This document shows positions 12,641 through 24,906 of a stretch of DNA of 64,000 nucleotides, piece by piece (position 1 is the stretch's first letter; each line of letters opens with the position of its first letter). Source of the stretch: Callorhinchus milii (taxonomy: Eukaryota); NCBI RefSeq assembly GCF_018977255.1, contig NW_024704805.1:248001-312000 (forward strand), written 5' to 3'. The translations under genes and the position numbers were made by a program. Below the pieces are notes generated by a model. It was not told the DNA's origin and did not search any database. It saw only the letters and a list, made by a program, of their open reading frames with translations.

Positions 12641-15600
12641 ATGGAACATCCAACGTTGTACACAGTAATTGCTATTTACTACCCCATTCTTGCAGCATTT
12701 GGAATTCCTGGTAAGTCTATTTGGTCGCAGTATTATCTATGATCAACAGGTTACTGCATTGGGTGACAGAAGATATTTATTAAAGTGGCATATCAGGTTA
12801 TTCATGTTCGTAGAGAAATATGTATGTGTCGAAAGACAGTATTTTTAATGCGCATAGGAGCAAATGTACCAGGGATTAGATGTGCATAAGTCTATGAAAG
12901 TAGCATCAGTAGTGTAAAGGGCTGTGTTAAAAGGTATACAACGATGTATAAAGATTGCACGGCACGGAATGGGGACACTGATATGTTGGTGTTTATAATG
13001 GCACCTCCAAGGCAAGTCCTTACCTATCCGACCTCTTCACTCCACACTCCACAACACAGCGCCTCCCGCTTGTCCCTAGCACCCTCCGCTCCACGATTGG
13101 ATGTCCGCCAGTCTTCTGTGGTGTGATTCGCTACTCTGCATGCAGAGCGCTGGATAAGTGCAAGTTGATCTTGGTGTTGTTGTTGTAATGCATAGAAGTC
13201 ATTACTCTCTCCCATAAACTTAAATTCTCCCCTCTCTCTCAGGTGAATGTCTATTTTCCTCTTCTATACACCAAATAAAATCATCAATTCAGGCAACAAC
13301 TTCTTCATTCACTCTGCCCTCTGGGAAGAGCAATTTCCTTTTGATGCCATCATCGCTCACGTATGCTTGTGTCCTTTAGTAACGAACACCCGTAAAGTGT
13401 CAACAGCTTCCGAAATTGGCACAACCTACACGACATGATAGATCCCGAACTATCTATCCTCCCGACATCTCTGACCAGAACGATTCGATTTCATGGTCTG
13501 CATTACGCACCTCAGACCATGTCTCATAACCAACACTAAAACCCTCATTGATTGACGGATCGATTTCGTAATCCTCACCGTTACTCACCAATCAATTCAA
13601 GTCTTGTCACCTCCCTGACCTCCTTATCTCTCTGACCTGCTTACATTGCACAAAATTACCCCGCTTTGACTCAGTTGGCTTCCATTCCATATGGTTCTTG
13701 TCTCCGTTAATTCATCACCAGTGGCTGTGGTTTGAGACACTACCCATCTCAGACTCTAGAACTGTCTACATCTATCCCTCCACTGCGTTCTCTAGTTACC
13801 TGTTTTCAGATCTTATATGAATACCTTACTATTTGGTGGACTCAATATTCACTTCCGCACGCTCTCCCCAGCTTGGTGACAAGCCCTTCTGCTTTTCAGC
13901 TCACAGGGTTGCTCCATGCATGAGAGTTATTTTTTTATATGCAAGCAATTTTTGCCGATAGAGTTCATAAAGGAGCGTAGAGTAGGATACTGAAGCAATA
14001 ATTCTAACTTTCTAACAAGGATTGCATAGGCAGCTGCTGGAGATTTGCATTCGATCTGTTTTTTAGGAAATCAGTCAATTATTTGGAGACTTGAGAGAAG
14101 CTTTACAAGAATGACACCAGCGATGATGGGTTTTGGTAATGAGGAACGATTGGACAAGTTGGGTCTCTTTTCATTGGAGCAGAGAAGGTTGGTAAGGGAC
14201 CTCGTAGACGAATACAACTATGTAGGAGTTTGAAAGAGTGAAGAGTGAGAAACTATTTGCACCAATGGTGAGTCGGTGCCTTGTGGCCAAAGTTAAAAGT
14301 TAATCACAAGAAGAAATAAATAGGGAGCTTTTGGTGATCTTTTAGCTCAGAGTATTGTTGGGATGTGGAGTGGGCTGACTATTACTGCGATAGAGGTATA
14401 GCCCATTTTGGGATTAAAGGGGTAACTGGATAAGATTTTAAAGAAAAGAGCATTTAAAAGCTATATGGATATTTTGGGCAATAAAACCGATACAAATTTT
14501 CTTCTGCGAGCCACTGTAGACCCTCTCGGCCGAACGGATTGTTTTGTGTTGTATAGTTCTCTGGTTCTATTATAACTTCTCTGAATCGAAAGTGGTTTCC
14601 AATCTGATATAATGTATGTAGGTTTTAATCCAGATAACCTGCTATTAAAAGAAGAGATTAGTTTTGCATTTAAAAATCAAATTGAGCCATATTGCGGGAG
14701 CTATATAGCAAAAGCTCAACAACAAATAATTCCCAAAATATTTTATTCCTGACAAAGCTTACTTCAGATCTTCTACATTATTGTTATATGGAACAGAGGA
14801 ATATGATTCCAAAGCACGATAACTTTAGTGGGTAATATTATTTTACGTCAAGATTGATTATTTGTATAAGATAGTGTTTCAATATTTACTGTGGAAGATA
14901 AATGGTTGCAAGAAATTATAAAATTCTTGTTTGCTTATGTTCTGTTATCGCCACTTCCATTGAATGAAAACGCAACCGTATATGACACATTTTTAACTTT
15001 TTAACATAGCAATTTTTATTTGTATAAGTAACGTTTTCTGCTTTTATTGCATCTCGCAGTTAATTTGCTGGCGATTGCGGTCCTCTTAAGAGGAAAGTGC
15101 GGTCTCTCCAAGTGCATCACTCGCTATTTGGTAGCCATGGCGGCGGCGGATCTCCTGGTTGTCCTTGTAGATGTGTTGCTGAATAAAATAAACAATCTGT
15201 ATTTCCCATTAAATATCTTATTCTACACTCCAGTGTGTAGTACGAGAATTGTGTTGCTTAGTGTCGCTATGCACAGCTCTCTGTGGTTCACTGTGGCTTT
15301 CACTTTCGATCGTTTTGTAGCCATTTGCTGCCAAAAGCTGAAACCAATATATTGCACTGAGAGGATGGCCACAGTGGTCATTGTAACTCTGTCTATTTTC
15401 ATCTGGTCACTGAGCATTCCCTGCTATTTTGCGTTTGATTCTTATGTTATAGTTAACAACACCCCGTGGTACTGCATCACCAAATCAAGCTTCCATATCT
15501 TGGACACCTGGAAAGCTTTTGAAAGGCTTCAACGTATTGTTCTTCCCATGTTTGGTTTTGCTTTCGTTTGCCTGTTTAACGCTCTGACTATCAGGCACAT

Positions 15601-15970
15601 TCTTGTGGCCAATAAGGCCCGCAGGAGGCTTCTGGGTCAGAGAAATGCTGAGAAAACTATTGATCCAGAGTTAGAAAACCGAAGAAAATCCGTCATTTTA
15701 CTCTTCGCCATATCGGGTAGTCTTATACTGCTTTGGTTAACTTTTGTTTCATATTCCTTCAAATGGCAACTTTCCAATTTTAATTACACTGCAATATTTG
15801 CCAATAATATGCGGTACATAGTGCAAGAAACCGGAATCATGCTTCAAAGGTTGAGTTGCTGTACCAACACCTGCATTTATGCTTTGACTCAGACCAAGTT
15901 CAGACAAGAGCTTCGGAAAGGAATAGTTTATCCATTTCGTATCGCTGCTAAATTCATAAAGTTATTATAA
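12641..15970 (+). CDS. Class A (rhodopsin-like) GPCR, GPR139/GPR142-like; two coding exons 12641-12710 and 15060-15970, about 326 aa
   Basis: Exon 1 MEHPTLYTVIAIYYPILAAFGIP with donor GTAAGT splices in phase 1 to CGCAG/TT AAT TTG (VNLLAIAVL...). Open frame with TM2 YLVAMAAADLL, TM3 FTFDRFVAIC and TM7 LSCCTNTCIY. Family call is from recalled motifs, not a database search. Confidence 0.9.
13390..13910 (+). mobile_element. Decayed L2-like LINE fragment in the GPCR intron
   Basis: Degenerate resemblance to the L2 3' coding region seen at 53.6-54.1 kb. Confidence 0.45.
14030..14575 (+). mobile_element. CR1-like LINE 3' fragment in the GPCR intron
   Basis: Residual reverse-transcriptase C-terminus (EERLDKLGLFSLEQRRL.RDL), typical of CR1-clade elements, followed by a GGCCGAA.GG 3' UTR motif. 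Confidence 0.75.
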
Positions 15971-16619
15971 GACTTGACTTTGCACACTGTTAAACTTAGG
16001 CAATATCAGTGAATGCATCCACTAAAAAGGGAAGCCTTATACCATGACGAACCAATTAACATGATTCGTTTGTTTTAACAAATAAGGAGGAATGTTTCTT
16101 GTGTATTGAAATACCATCTGTTGCAAACATGTTACGAAATGTGATTGAGAATGCTCAATGCGCTCTCCTACACAGAAGTGTTGAAAACCTGTTACTCGGA
16201 AGCATTTTATTTGTTGGGTGAGTATAAATATTGTGAATAAAATAAAACATATTGAGTTCTGATGAACATCTAAAAAGAAAAACAGTCTGGCCTGTTCATG
16301 ATTTGCATTCCATCGTGCTTCTTTGAAATAGAAATGAAAATCACAGATGACGTAACGCATTTCCCGTCTTCTAGAAGTGTCAATGAGCTTCACAGAATAT
16401 ACTGTGAAGTGAATTGACTGTACATATGTGGGCGCAACGTGGCAATGAGTTGCGCACATGAGGGTTCCACAAACAGAGGTGTATGCAGTCACCAAATTGT
16501 TACTGCTGTTTTTTCTTGAGCTATTAATATCCCTGTAATTATGATCCGCGAATCCACTAACAACCAGTTTCCTACTTCTGCAAGTTAAACAGAGGCTGGG
16601 TGTGGTTGAGTAATCAAAA

Positions 16620-17210
16620 AGTTTGTGAGTCGAATGGTGTTAGGTGTGGGTGAGGGCGTGTGGTTCTGGGTAGGGTTGAGGTGATGGTGATGGAGTGTGT
16701 GATAGTGGATGGGCTGGGAGTTGGTGAGGATTGGAGGGTCTTGGTGTGCTTGAGGAAGGGGAGGAACTAATTATACCTGAGTATGTGGGGCTGGGTGGCG
16801 TTAAGAATGGGGAAGGGATAGGTGTGGGTGAGGATTGAGAGGAGGTGAATGTACGTGTGGGTGAGCAATGGGAGGGTCTGAATGTCGGTGAAGGTGGGTG
16901 TACTGGGTGAGGGTATAGGTGAGAATGGGGAGGTGCTGGGTGTCGGAGCGCAGAGTGAGGTGCTGGGATTGTGTGTGGAGGCGACGGACTGGTTATGGTT
17001 GCGGATGGGGAGGGGCTGGATGCCATTGAGGAGGGGAAGGGGCTAGTTGTGAATGAGGACGGGGATGGGCTGGTTGTGGGTGAGGATGTGGAGTGGCTGG
17101 GAGTTGGTGAGAATCGGGAGGGACTGAGTGTGGGTGAGGCTGGGGTGTGACTGGGTGTTGATAAGGTTGGGGAGGCACTGAGTGTGGCTGAGGATATTGA
17201 GGGGAAAGAA
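16620..17210 (+). repeat. G/purine-rich low-complexity tract (TGGG, TGAGG and GGGTGAGG-like units)
   Basis: Strong G-over-C skew on the + strand with imperfect short repeats; it produces the spurious Pro-rich ORFs on the - strand. Confidence 0.8.
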
Positions 17211-18844
17211 CAATATAAAACATCAAATTACGCTTGTATAACGCCCTTTACGTCGGAAAGACTTTTAAATTGAACCACTGGATGGCCATTCATCCTCACT
17301 TTCCAGGAATCCCAAAGATGACAATAACCACACACTGAATGAGGGGGAATTTAAAATGCCCCCAAGTCCAGGCAGATTGGAGAGGCTTTGCGGGCTGAAG
17401 TACACGCGTATGTGCAATAGTTTTCGGTGCTGCACTGTAATTCCTCTTTGTGTTCACAATACATCAACACCTTCCAGTGGCTGACAGGTGTATTACAGCT
17501 TCCAGTGAATTCACTTAAATTATTCTTACTTTTTCAACAAAGGAACAAACAATCTGCGTTTATTTTCCCTCTTTCACGTAAGACCACGAGCCCTAGCTAT
17601 TATTCGGTGTTGCACTGTAATTGAAAAAATACATTATCATTGCCTTTTAATCTATTTTTTATAATTAAGCAATTCCTCACTGAATCCGATGTCATTAATT
17701 GTGTTACTCATTCCCTCTTTCTGGGTATCATCATCTAATGCTAGAAAGTGGTCAGACAGAGAAACCAAACCAGTTCTTCTACATCTCTCCGGGTGGCTGT
17801 TGTGCATTTGTGTAACCTTTTACTGTGATTTACAATGTGCTCAAATTTAAAATAAAGCCTGCAATACTCGTTACCTCCGCCAGGGGGTGATATTATGCTG
17901 TGTAACTGCCCACAATGTTCATCATTAAATGACTTGTCCTCCTTGAGGTGATGTAAACACAGGGGTGAGTTTGGGCCGATGGGGATTCGTGACGGTGGAA
18001 AACGGGGTTGGGTGGTGTGTTTCTGTTGGGAAGTAGGTTAACTGATGACAAGTTGGAAGAGGAGGGTTTTGAGATGGGTGTTGAAGGAACCAAGTGGTGG
18101 GGGGGGGCGGTGGCACTGCACCCTGAGGGCGGTCAAAGAGTGGCTGAAGGTCGGCCCGACAATGTTGGAGCAGACGTGGCAGGGAATCTGAAGCAGAAGG
18201 AGACTTCTAAGCAGAGGGAACGAATAGATTGCTGGAGAGGTCGGAGGTCTCTGAGGTCGGAGGACTGATAATACAACATTAATAATCCTCTTAGTATAAT
18301 AATATTATTATCACGTGACGAGATATAAATAATGCTATTTCTACTGCTAATTTCAATAATAATAATAATCACTTTATTTGATATGGCGACTTACGATGAT
18401 TTTGAAACGTCTCACACTCTTCACACTCTTCAATCTTCACTGAACATTTAATTCACTGTGCATTTTTTTGCGGAAACGTAGCAGACAAATGCACCGCATT
18501 GTCCAACATACAAACTTCGATTGAATCAAATTACCATTACTAATATTAAGGGATTATTAAACCTAAAAAGCGATCTGCCAATCGGATAACAAGCTTGTTA
18601 CTGCTCGGTAAGTGTGTGTGTCGAAAAAGGGAACCTGACTGACATTCCACCCTGTCTAAGAAAAGTAATCCTGATAATCTCTCTTGTGACCATAACCTAA
18701 CCTTGGGACAATCCCAGACCATGGAGACCTGCCCGATACCTCTAATCCTCTCACTATTGTCGGTCGGGCCCCCAGTCTATCCCGCTGCTCTCTGGAAATT
18801 AATCGGTAGAAATCCTTCAGATTACTGGTTGGAGAGGAATTGTG

Positions 18845-19135
18845 TGTGAAAGATTGAGAGAGACTGAGAGAGGGAGAGAGAGAGAGATGGTGATGGAGAC
18901 TGATTCATGGAGAGACTAAGTGCATGACTGAGAGAGTGTGACTGAGAGAGAGAGAGAAAGAGGGAGAGAGAGGAAGATTGGGATTGTGCTTGTTTGTCTG
19001 TGTGTTTGTGTGTGTTAGAAAGAGAGAGAAAGAGAGAGAGAGGATGAGATAGAAATAAAGAGCGATAGAATGAGTGAGAAAGAGATAGTGACAGCGAAAT
19101 CATGATTGAGATACAGAGAGAGAGAGAGAGAGAAA
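18845..19135. repeat. (GA)n-rich compound microsatellite
   Basis: Direct inspection. Confidence 0.85.
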
Positions 19136-19445
19136 GACTGCAGCGTTGTAGGGGAGAGTACATGTGTTCACTTCTCGAGCAGAGAGCAATGTTGGGATTG
19201 TTTTTTCATCAACACAATCGCCTCTGTTTTCATATCAGTAAACAGGAGACCAGGTGTTAGTCGATTCGTGAATGAATTTTGCACAACCAGATATACAGGA
19301 AGTGAGCAGTCAGTGAAGGCGTCACCGAGAATATAATCATAACCTTCACAGCTCACGGCGCTCGAAAAACGTTTCTAACCGTTTATCCGCCTTTAGGTGA
19401 TTAGCCTTTGCATTTCAACCCACAAAAATTACGTGAGAGTTGAGA

Positions 19446-20091
19446 ATGAAGCAAAATATCAAGGCAACATTTATTATTTAGAGTATAATGACATCATTCT
19501 TATGTAAGTAGGGAATGACTCTCTCTCTCTCACTGTATCTTTATCTCAGTGACTCTCAATGAATCTCAGTCAATCTCTCTCTCAGTCTCTCCTTCAAAAA
19601 ACAACGTCCCTACACATTATAATATATTTTCCTCCTTAGTATTTGTGTCTCCCTTAGTCACTCTATTAGTGTCTCCATCAAATCACAAAGTCCCGACACT
19701 TGATAATATATTCACTCGCAGTCTTTCTGTTCCCTTCTTTCAGTCTTTCTCTCGCTCAGTCTCTCTCTCTAATAACAAGAATAATTGTTAGTAATATTAT
19801 TATAATCACAGATACTTTGGCTGACAGCGATGTATCACAGAGACCCCAGACCGTGACACAGCTTGAAAATGGAAACGTATCCATGGAGTGCACCACCACT
19901 GAGTCGGGTCCAACTTTTCAGTGGTACACACATGATGGAAACGGCTCCATCCTGTTCTTGGTTTTGGGAAAAAGAGACATAACAGTGAAGGACAGGGTAA
20001 GAGCTTTGGCTAATACAAAACAGAGAAGCTGCACTCTAACAATCCAACACGTGCGAGTGTCAGACACCGCCACTTACTTCTGTGCGGACAG
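19446..20091 (+). pseudogene. TCR V with intact V exon (19812-20091) but a nonsense codon in the leader
   Basis: Leader 19446-19503 has TAG at codon 12 where the paralogs at 24496 and 26918 have TTG. V exon: TLADSDVSQRPQ...MEC...FQWYTH...DTATYFCADS. RSS: CACAGTG 20092-20098, 23 bp, ACGAAAACA. Confidence 0.85.
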
Positions 20092-20240
20092 CACAGTGAT
20101 GTGTGTCTAAGAGGGACCTGTACGAAAACATGCTGAGGTTACTGGAGCTCAAGGTTTAAAGCACTCGCCTCGCAAACGAGAGACCTGGGTTGATTCCCGG
20201 CAGGGCAAAACATTGGACATGTTTCCTTACTCCTTGTTGC

Positions 20241-20555
20241 TGAATCCTGTAGCTCAGTCGTTAGGGCACTCGCTTTGCAAGCGAGAGAACTGAGTTCAAT
20301 TCCAGGCAGGGCGAAACCTTGGGCAAGTTGCCTTACCCCAGACGCCTAATAATAATCCCTCCAAAAACCAAAAACAATAATAAATCGGTTATTTTTAATC
20401 TCCGACTGTTTGTGGGACATTGCTGTGCGCAATTGGCTGCCGCGCTCGCCCACAAATGTACAGTTAATTCACTTTACAGTGTGTTCTGTGAAGCGCTGTG
20501 GGTCGTCCTCCCGACTTGAAAAGCGCGATATCAAATGCAAGGATTATTATTATTA
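20241..20555 (+). mobile_element. tRNA-derived SINE, near full length
   Basis: Near-identical to 57309-57627; preceded by an older truncated head directly after the V RSS. Confidence 0.85.
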
Positions 20556-21867
20556 GGCGTCTTATTACCTAGCAATACGGAGGTTTTAGTTGATTGGCGG
20601 AGCGTCTTTCTCTGCATAATAATTCCTTACAATAATGATATAATTATAATAATGATAATCAGTTCTTTATCTCAACGCACATCTGTTTGTGGGACACTGC
20701 GTTGCGCAACTCGCTGCCGCATTTAGTCCATAACATGTACAGTCATTTCACTTCACAGTAGAGTCTGTGAAATACTATGTAACGTCTCGAAGAAGTGATA
20801 ATGCGTTATGTCAAATGGAAGGATTATTATTATTCACTTTATTGGTTTGCTGAGCCGCAAATATGAACCCGGTTATCAATAGATTGGAGGAGCGCTTTTT
20901 CGGTGGTAATATACCATTAAAAAAATTGGTCGCTCGATCAACGACTGTTTGTGAGACGCTGTTTTGCGCAACTGGCATTTTCCCCACAAAATACACTGTC
21001 GATACACTTAACCGTGTATCGCATGAAGGCCGTATAGACAGATAACTCGGACAAGTGATAAGGCGTTGTATCAAACGCAAGGTTGATTATAACTCACAGG
21101 TTGAGTTGGACAACCATAGGCATGGTGATTGGTTTCCATATGTGTCAGACACCACGGTAACAAAAATAAATGTTAATATATGAAGCGTCATTCAGCGAAA
21201 CAAATCGTACAACACAGAAGCTCGTAGAAATGAGTCATGCTTGAAAACGTGTGTTTTTCACCCAAACTGGTGTAACCCAGAAGTGTAGAGAGGAAAGGGG
21301 AGTGAAGGAAACTTTCAACTAATTGGGGCAGAGACATCTGAGAAACTGCTGACGTCACATGGCTCCTACCATTTCGCTTTGAACCCTCTCAATGGTTCGT
21401 TTCACCTCGTTACCAAATTGCCACCCGTCCCCGGGGATGTGAAGCTAACGCACAAGACGCCATTGTGCAGCCGTCTGCACACACTCAGGGGCTTCCACTG
21501 AGCAACTCGTCCTGCATTCTGTTGACAGTCTATGCCATAATAATCTTTGACCGTTGATAACGTGCCTTATCTCGTCTCTGAGGCGTCTCAAATCGCTTCA
21601 TAGAATACACTCTCAAGTGTTGTGACCGTGTATTGGTTGGGCGGCGAAACTCGAGAACGAACCGTGCACCGCAGAGTATCTCGAAGAGTTGTGGATTGAG
21701 TGACAATCTTTTTGAGGGATCAATAGCCCTGTAAAGCGATCCGCAGACCGACTCGCAGTCGGGTTCCTGTCTACTGTCGGTTAAAGAGAGACGCGTGGAA
21801 TAAGGAAAACTGCCTAAGCTTTTAAAGGCAATTTTAGTTTCTTCATTAAAGCGCTGAAAGATTGGCT

Positions 21868-22316
21868 ATGAAGGGCGAGTACAGTTTACTCTTCATCCTC
21901 CTGAAAGCTGCCGTGTTCCTCAGCGGGTGAGTATGTTTCACAGATAAACCCCGCTTGAGCTTAGTGAGACATTGCAGTTAATTCGACCACAATTAACGAG
22001 TGAGTTTCATTGAGAGATTTTCTTATACTTATCAGGAGTCAGTGGTCAGGATACAGTCTTACAGTCGCCATTCTCTGTGCCTGTTCGGGAGAAGGAACAA
22101 GTGCTTATCAGCTGTTCGGCAACAGGATCGAATACCGCCTTCAATGGTACAGAGAGTATCGGAACCAGGTTCTCAAACACTTGATAACAGGAAAGACAGG
22201 AGAGCAGCAGAAGGAGAGGATCACAGCTACAATGAACTATAGAGAGAAGGGCAGTAATCTGAGCATCACACGCACAGAAGTAACAGACGCCGCCACCTAC
22301 TTGTGTGCAGTGGAGA
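21868..22316 (+). pseudogene. TCR V, probable pseudogene with offsetting frameshifts (leader 21868-21926, V exon 22036-22316)
   Basis: Leader MKGEYSLLFILLKAAVFLS ends in phase 2. FR1 (QDTVLQSP...VLISC) and FR2-FR3 (LQWYRE...DAATYLCAVE) are in different frames. RSS: CACATTG 22317-22323, 23 bp, ACACAAACC. Confidence 0.8.
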
Positions 22317-22909
22317 CACATTGAGACAATCACATAGAGAGGCCGTACACAAACCCCCAGTGATCAGTCAGCAATTCCCCTCTTGTTCATCACAATAACT
22401 GCTCAGCACTCACTGCCTCTCAGTCTCCCTCAATTTCCTTGTTCATGACGGGATGTCCATGTCATGTCTGCAGGGCATGTGGCGTCCTATAGCTTAGTGG
22501 TGAGAGCGAAAGGACCTTGTTCGATTAGGGGCAGATGGCTATTACAGGGGTAAAGTTCCTTCAATACTGATAACAAATTAGTCACTCAACTCAATGGGAC
22601 ACAGATGCGAATGATTGGCTGCGGTGTTTCGCTCACACAATGTGCAGCCCATTCGTATACAGTGTAATATGTGAAGTACTTTGCGGCGTCTGGAAGGTGT
22701 AAAAATATGCAATAGCGAATGAAAAGATTAAAACTATAATTAAATATAATCATGTTATTGTCGCAGTAATAAACTCAAAGTCCTGCTCTCTGGGGCAATG
22801 CCGCCGCATTTACGAGCCTTTCTGTTGGGTATTATTCAGCAGTATACCATCAAAAACAACAACTCATATTCAGGTACTGCCATACACAACGGGAAATAAA
22901 AAATAGGCT

Positions 22910-23240
22910 GAAAAATATTTGCCATCAAATGTCTCCAATTGTACAGGTGATGTAGCTGCAATTCACCAGCAGAAGGTGAAACAAACACATATACAACATG
23001 AGCTGCAACTTGTACAACTTGTCACTTTCCTTTCTGCAACTATCTTCCTTGGTAACACTAACAGCTGCTTCCTGTTACATTTAACATTGGTTTACTCATA
23101 CAATATTGCTGCTTCAGCTGAAATATACAAAGTTTTCTCCAAAGCATAAGTAACAAAAGGTTTAGTTTACTCAAGAAGCAGCTTCTGTGTCACTTTTTAT
23201 ATATTATTGCCTGACTCCCAAATAACTAGTCGCCCTTAAT
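22910..23240 (+). promoter_or_regulatory. Conserved ~330-bp non-coding block with a CTCF-like motif (paralogs at about 30580-30920, 36130-36480 and 36890-37230)
   Basis: Four alignable copies, each with a CCACCAGCAGATGGCGC-like core (22963, 30621, 36178, 36925). CTCF binding is inferred from the motif only. Confidence 0.55.
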
Positions 23241-24495
23241 CCGATCTCTCTGCTGTATAATGCTTCTCTCCTGAAATGTCGTCGATTTGGCTACCACCAA
23301 TCTTTCAGGCAACATACTCATGCAGTATACTCTGCGAAGCGCTTTCAGACGCCTCAACGGCATCATATGTCAAAGGAACAGATGCAAGCATATGTATTAT
23401 TATTCCTGGTTCAGGGTAAAATTTATATTGCAGTGTCTTACCACTGGGTGTCTCTCAGGCGCTGAAATTCTGACAAGACACCACTGGCTTGAAAGCCTGT
23501 GAAAAATGGTTGAATAAAGCATATTCCTGCACACCGCTTACAACCGTTTTCAGAAGGTTGCTAACCGTATCCCATTGCTTGGTTGACACTTTCCATTCTG
23601 AACAACAGGTATACTCGAAACGAAGATTGTTGGAATCAAAGTTTGTAACAAATTGTTGGGGATCAGTCGACATAATATACGGGTGTTTCAGGATTCTCTG
23701 ACTGTTCTGCTCCCACGATTAATGAAAAATCTATTCCATATATCCGAATCAATCCTAAACCTGGTTTCTACAGAATATAGAGATTTTTGGTATCTCTTTT
23801 CCTGAAACACAAATTTCTTCATACAGTATTCCTGCAAGGCGACCGATTATCAAGATCTGTGCTCTTTGCCAAAGCACATCTTAGTCCTATAGGTTGGTGG
23901 TTAGAACACACGCCTCGCAAGCAGTGGAGATTCACAGCATTGAGCAATTCTGCGCAAATTTGCTTACTGCACACGCTTCTGTTTAACCGACCAGTAAATA
24001 GGAACCCGGTTATCAGCCGAATGGCGAACAGTTTGCCAGGGGAATAACACCCTAAAAAAGTGGTAAATTGGTCATTCATTCAAGGACTGTATGCACGGCA
24101 CAGCTGTGTGCATCAGGCTGCCGAGGTTCACACTGAAAGCACAGTCAAATTATTTTACCGTATATTCTTTGAAACAATTCGAAACGTATCCAAAACCTGA
24201 TAAGGCACTTATTATTATTATTTGTATAATTTGTTGAGTCTTTGTAATCAGGTCTCTCTGGACTGTCTCTTTAATGCGTTACTATTGTTTGCCACAGCGA
24301 GGAGAAGTGAATCTGAATGTAAACGGTAGGGGGAGTCGCAATGTACCTCCACCAAAAAACACAGACAAGATAATGACGCGGGGATAGGAGACAACTCCTC
24401 AAATGGAGAAAGGTTTATCAACCAGACGCTACGTTTAGATAAATTCTCGTTGCATTTCAACGGAAGACATTGACGTGAATCGACGGCAGTTGAGA

Positions 24496-24906
24496 ATGAA
24501 GCAGAATTACAATGCGAAATATATTATTTTGATTGTAATAATATTCCTACGGTGTGAGTAGATGATGGTTGTGTGCAAGCGAATGCTTTTATTTCCTGAT
24601 AAATAATTCCAAATTTTGGTGGTAGACTTTACCTCAATTCCGTTTCAACAATGTTCATTTCTGCTTTCTTTCGAGGCGTCTTGGCCGCAAGTGACGTCTC
24701 ACAGACACCGCAGGCCATGACAGTGAATGAAAATGGAAATGTTTCTATGGAGTGCAGTACCACTGTGACCACTTGGTTTTGGGAAAAATCGACGTAAATA
24801 CGAAGGATAGGATAAGAGCTTTCGCTGAGCGTAAACAGAAAAACTGTACCCTAGCAATCGAAAAAGTGCGAATGTCAGACACCGCCACTTACTTCTGTGC
24901 GGAGAG
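24496..24906 (+). pseudogene. TCR V pseudogene with an internal deletion
   Basis: Leader 24496-24553; V exon 24676-24906 lacks about 49 nt spanning CDR1-FR2 (including the WY motif) relative to the 27096 paralog. RSS intact: CACAGTG 24907-24913, 23 bp, ACAAAAACA. Confidence 0.9.

Noticed and set aside
16640-17226. Pro/His-rich minus-strand ORFs
   Set aside because: Artefact of low-complexity G-rich sequence.
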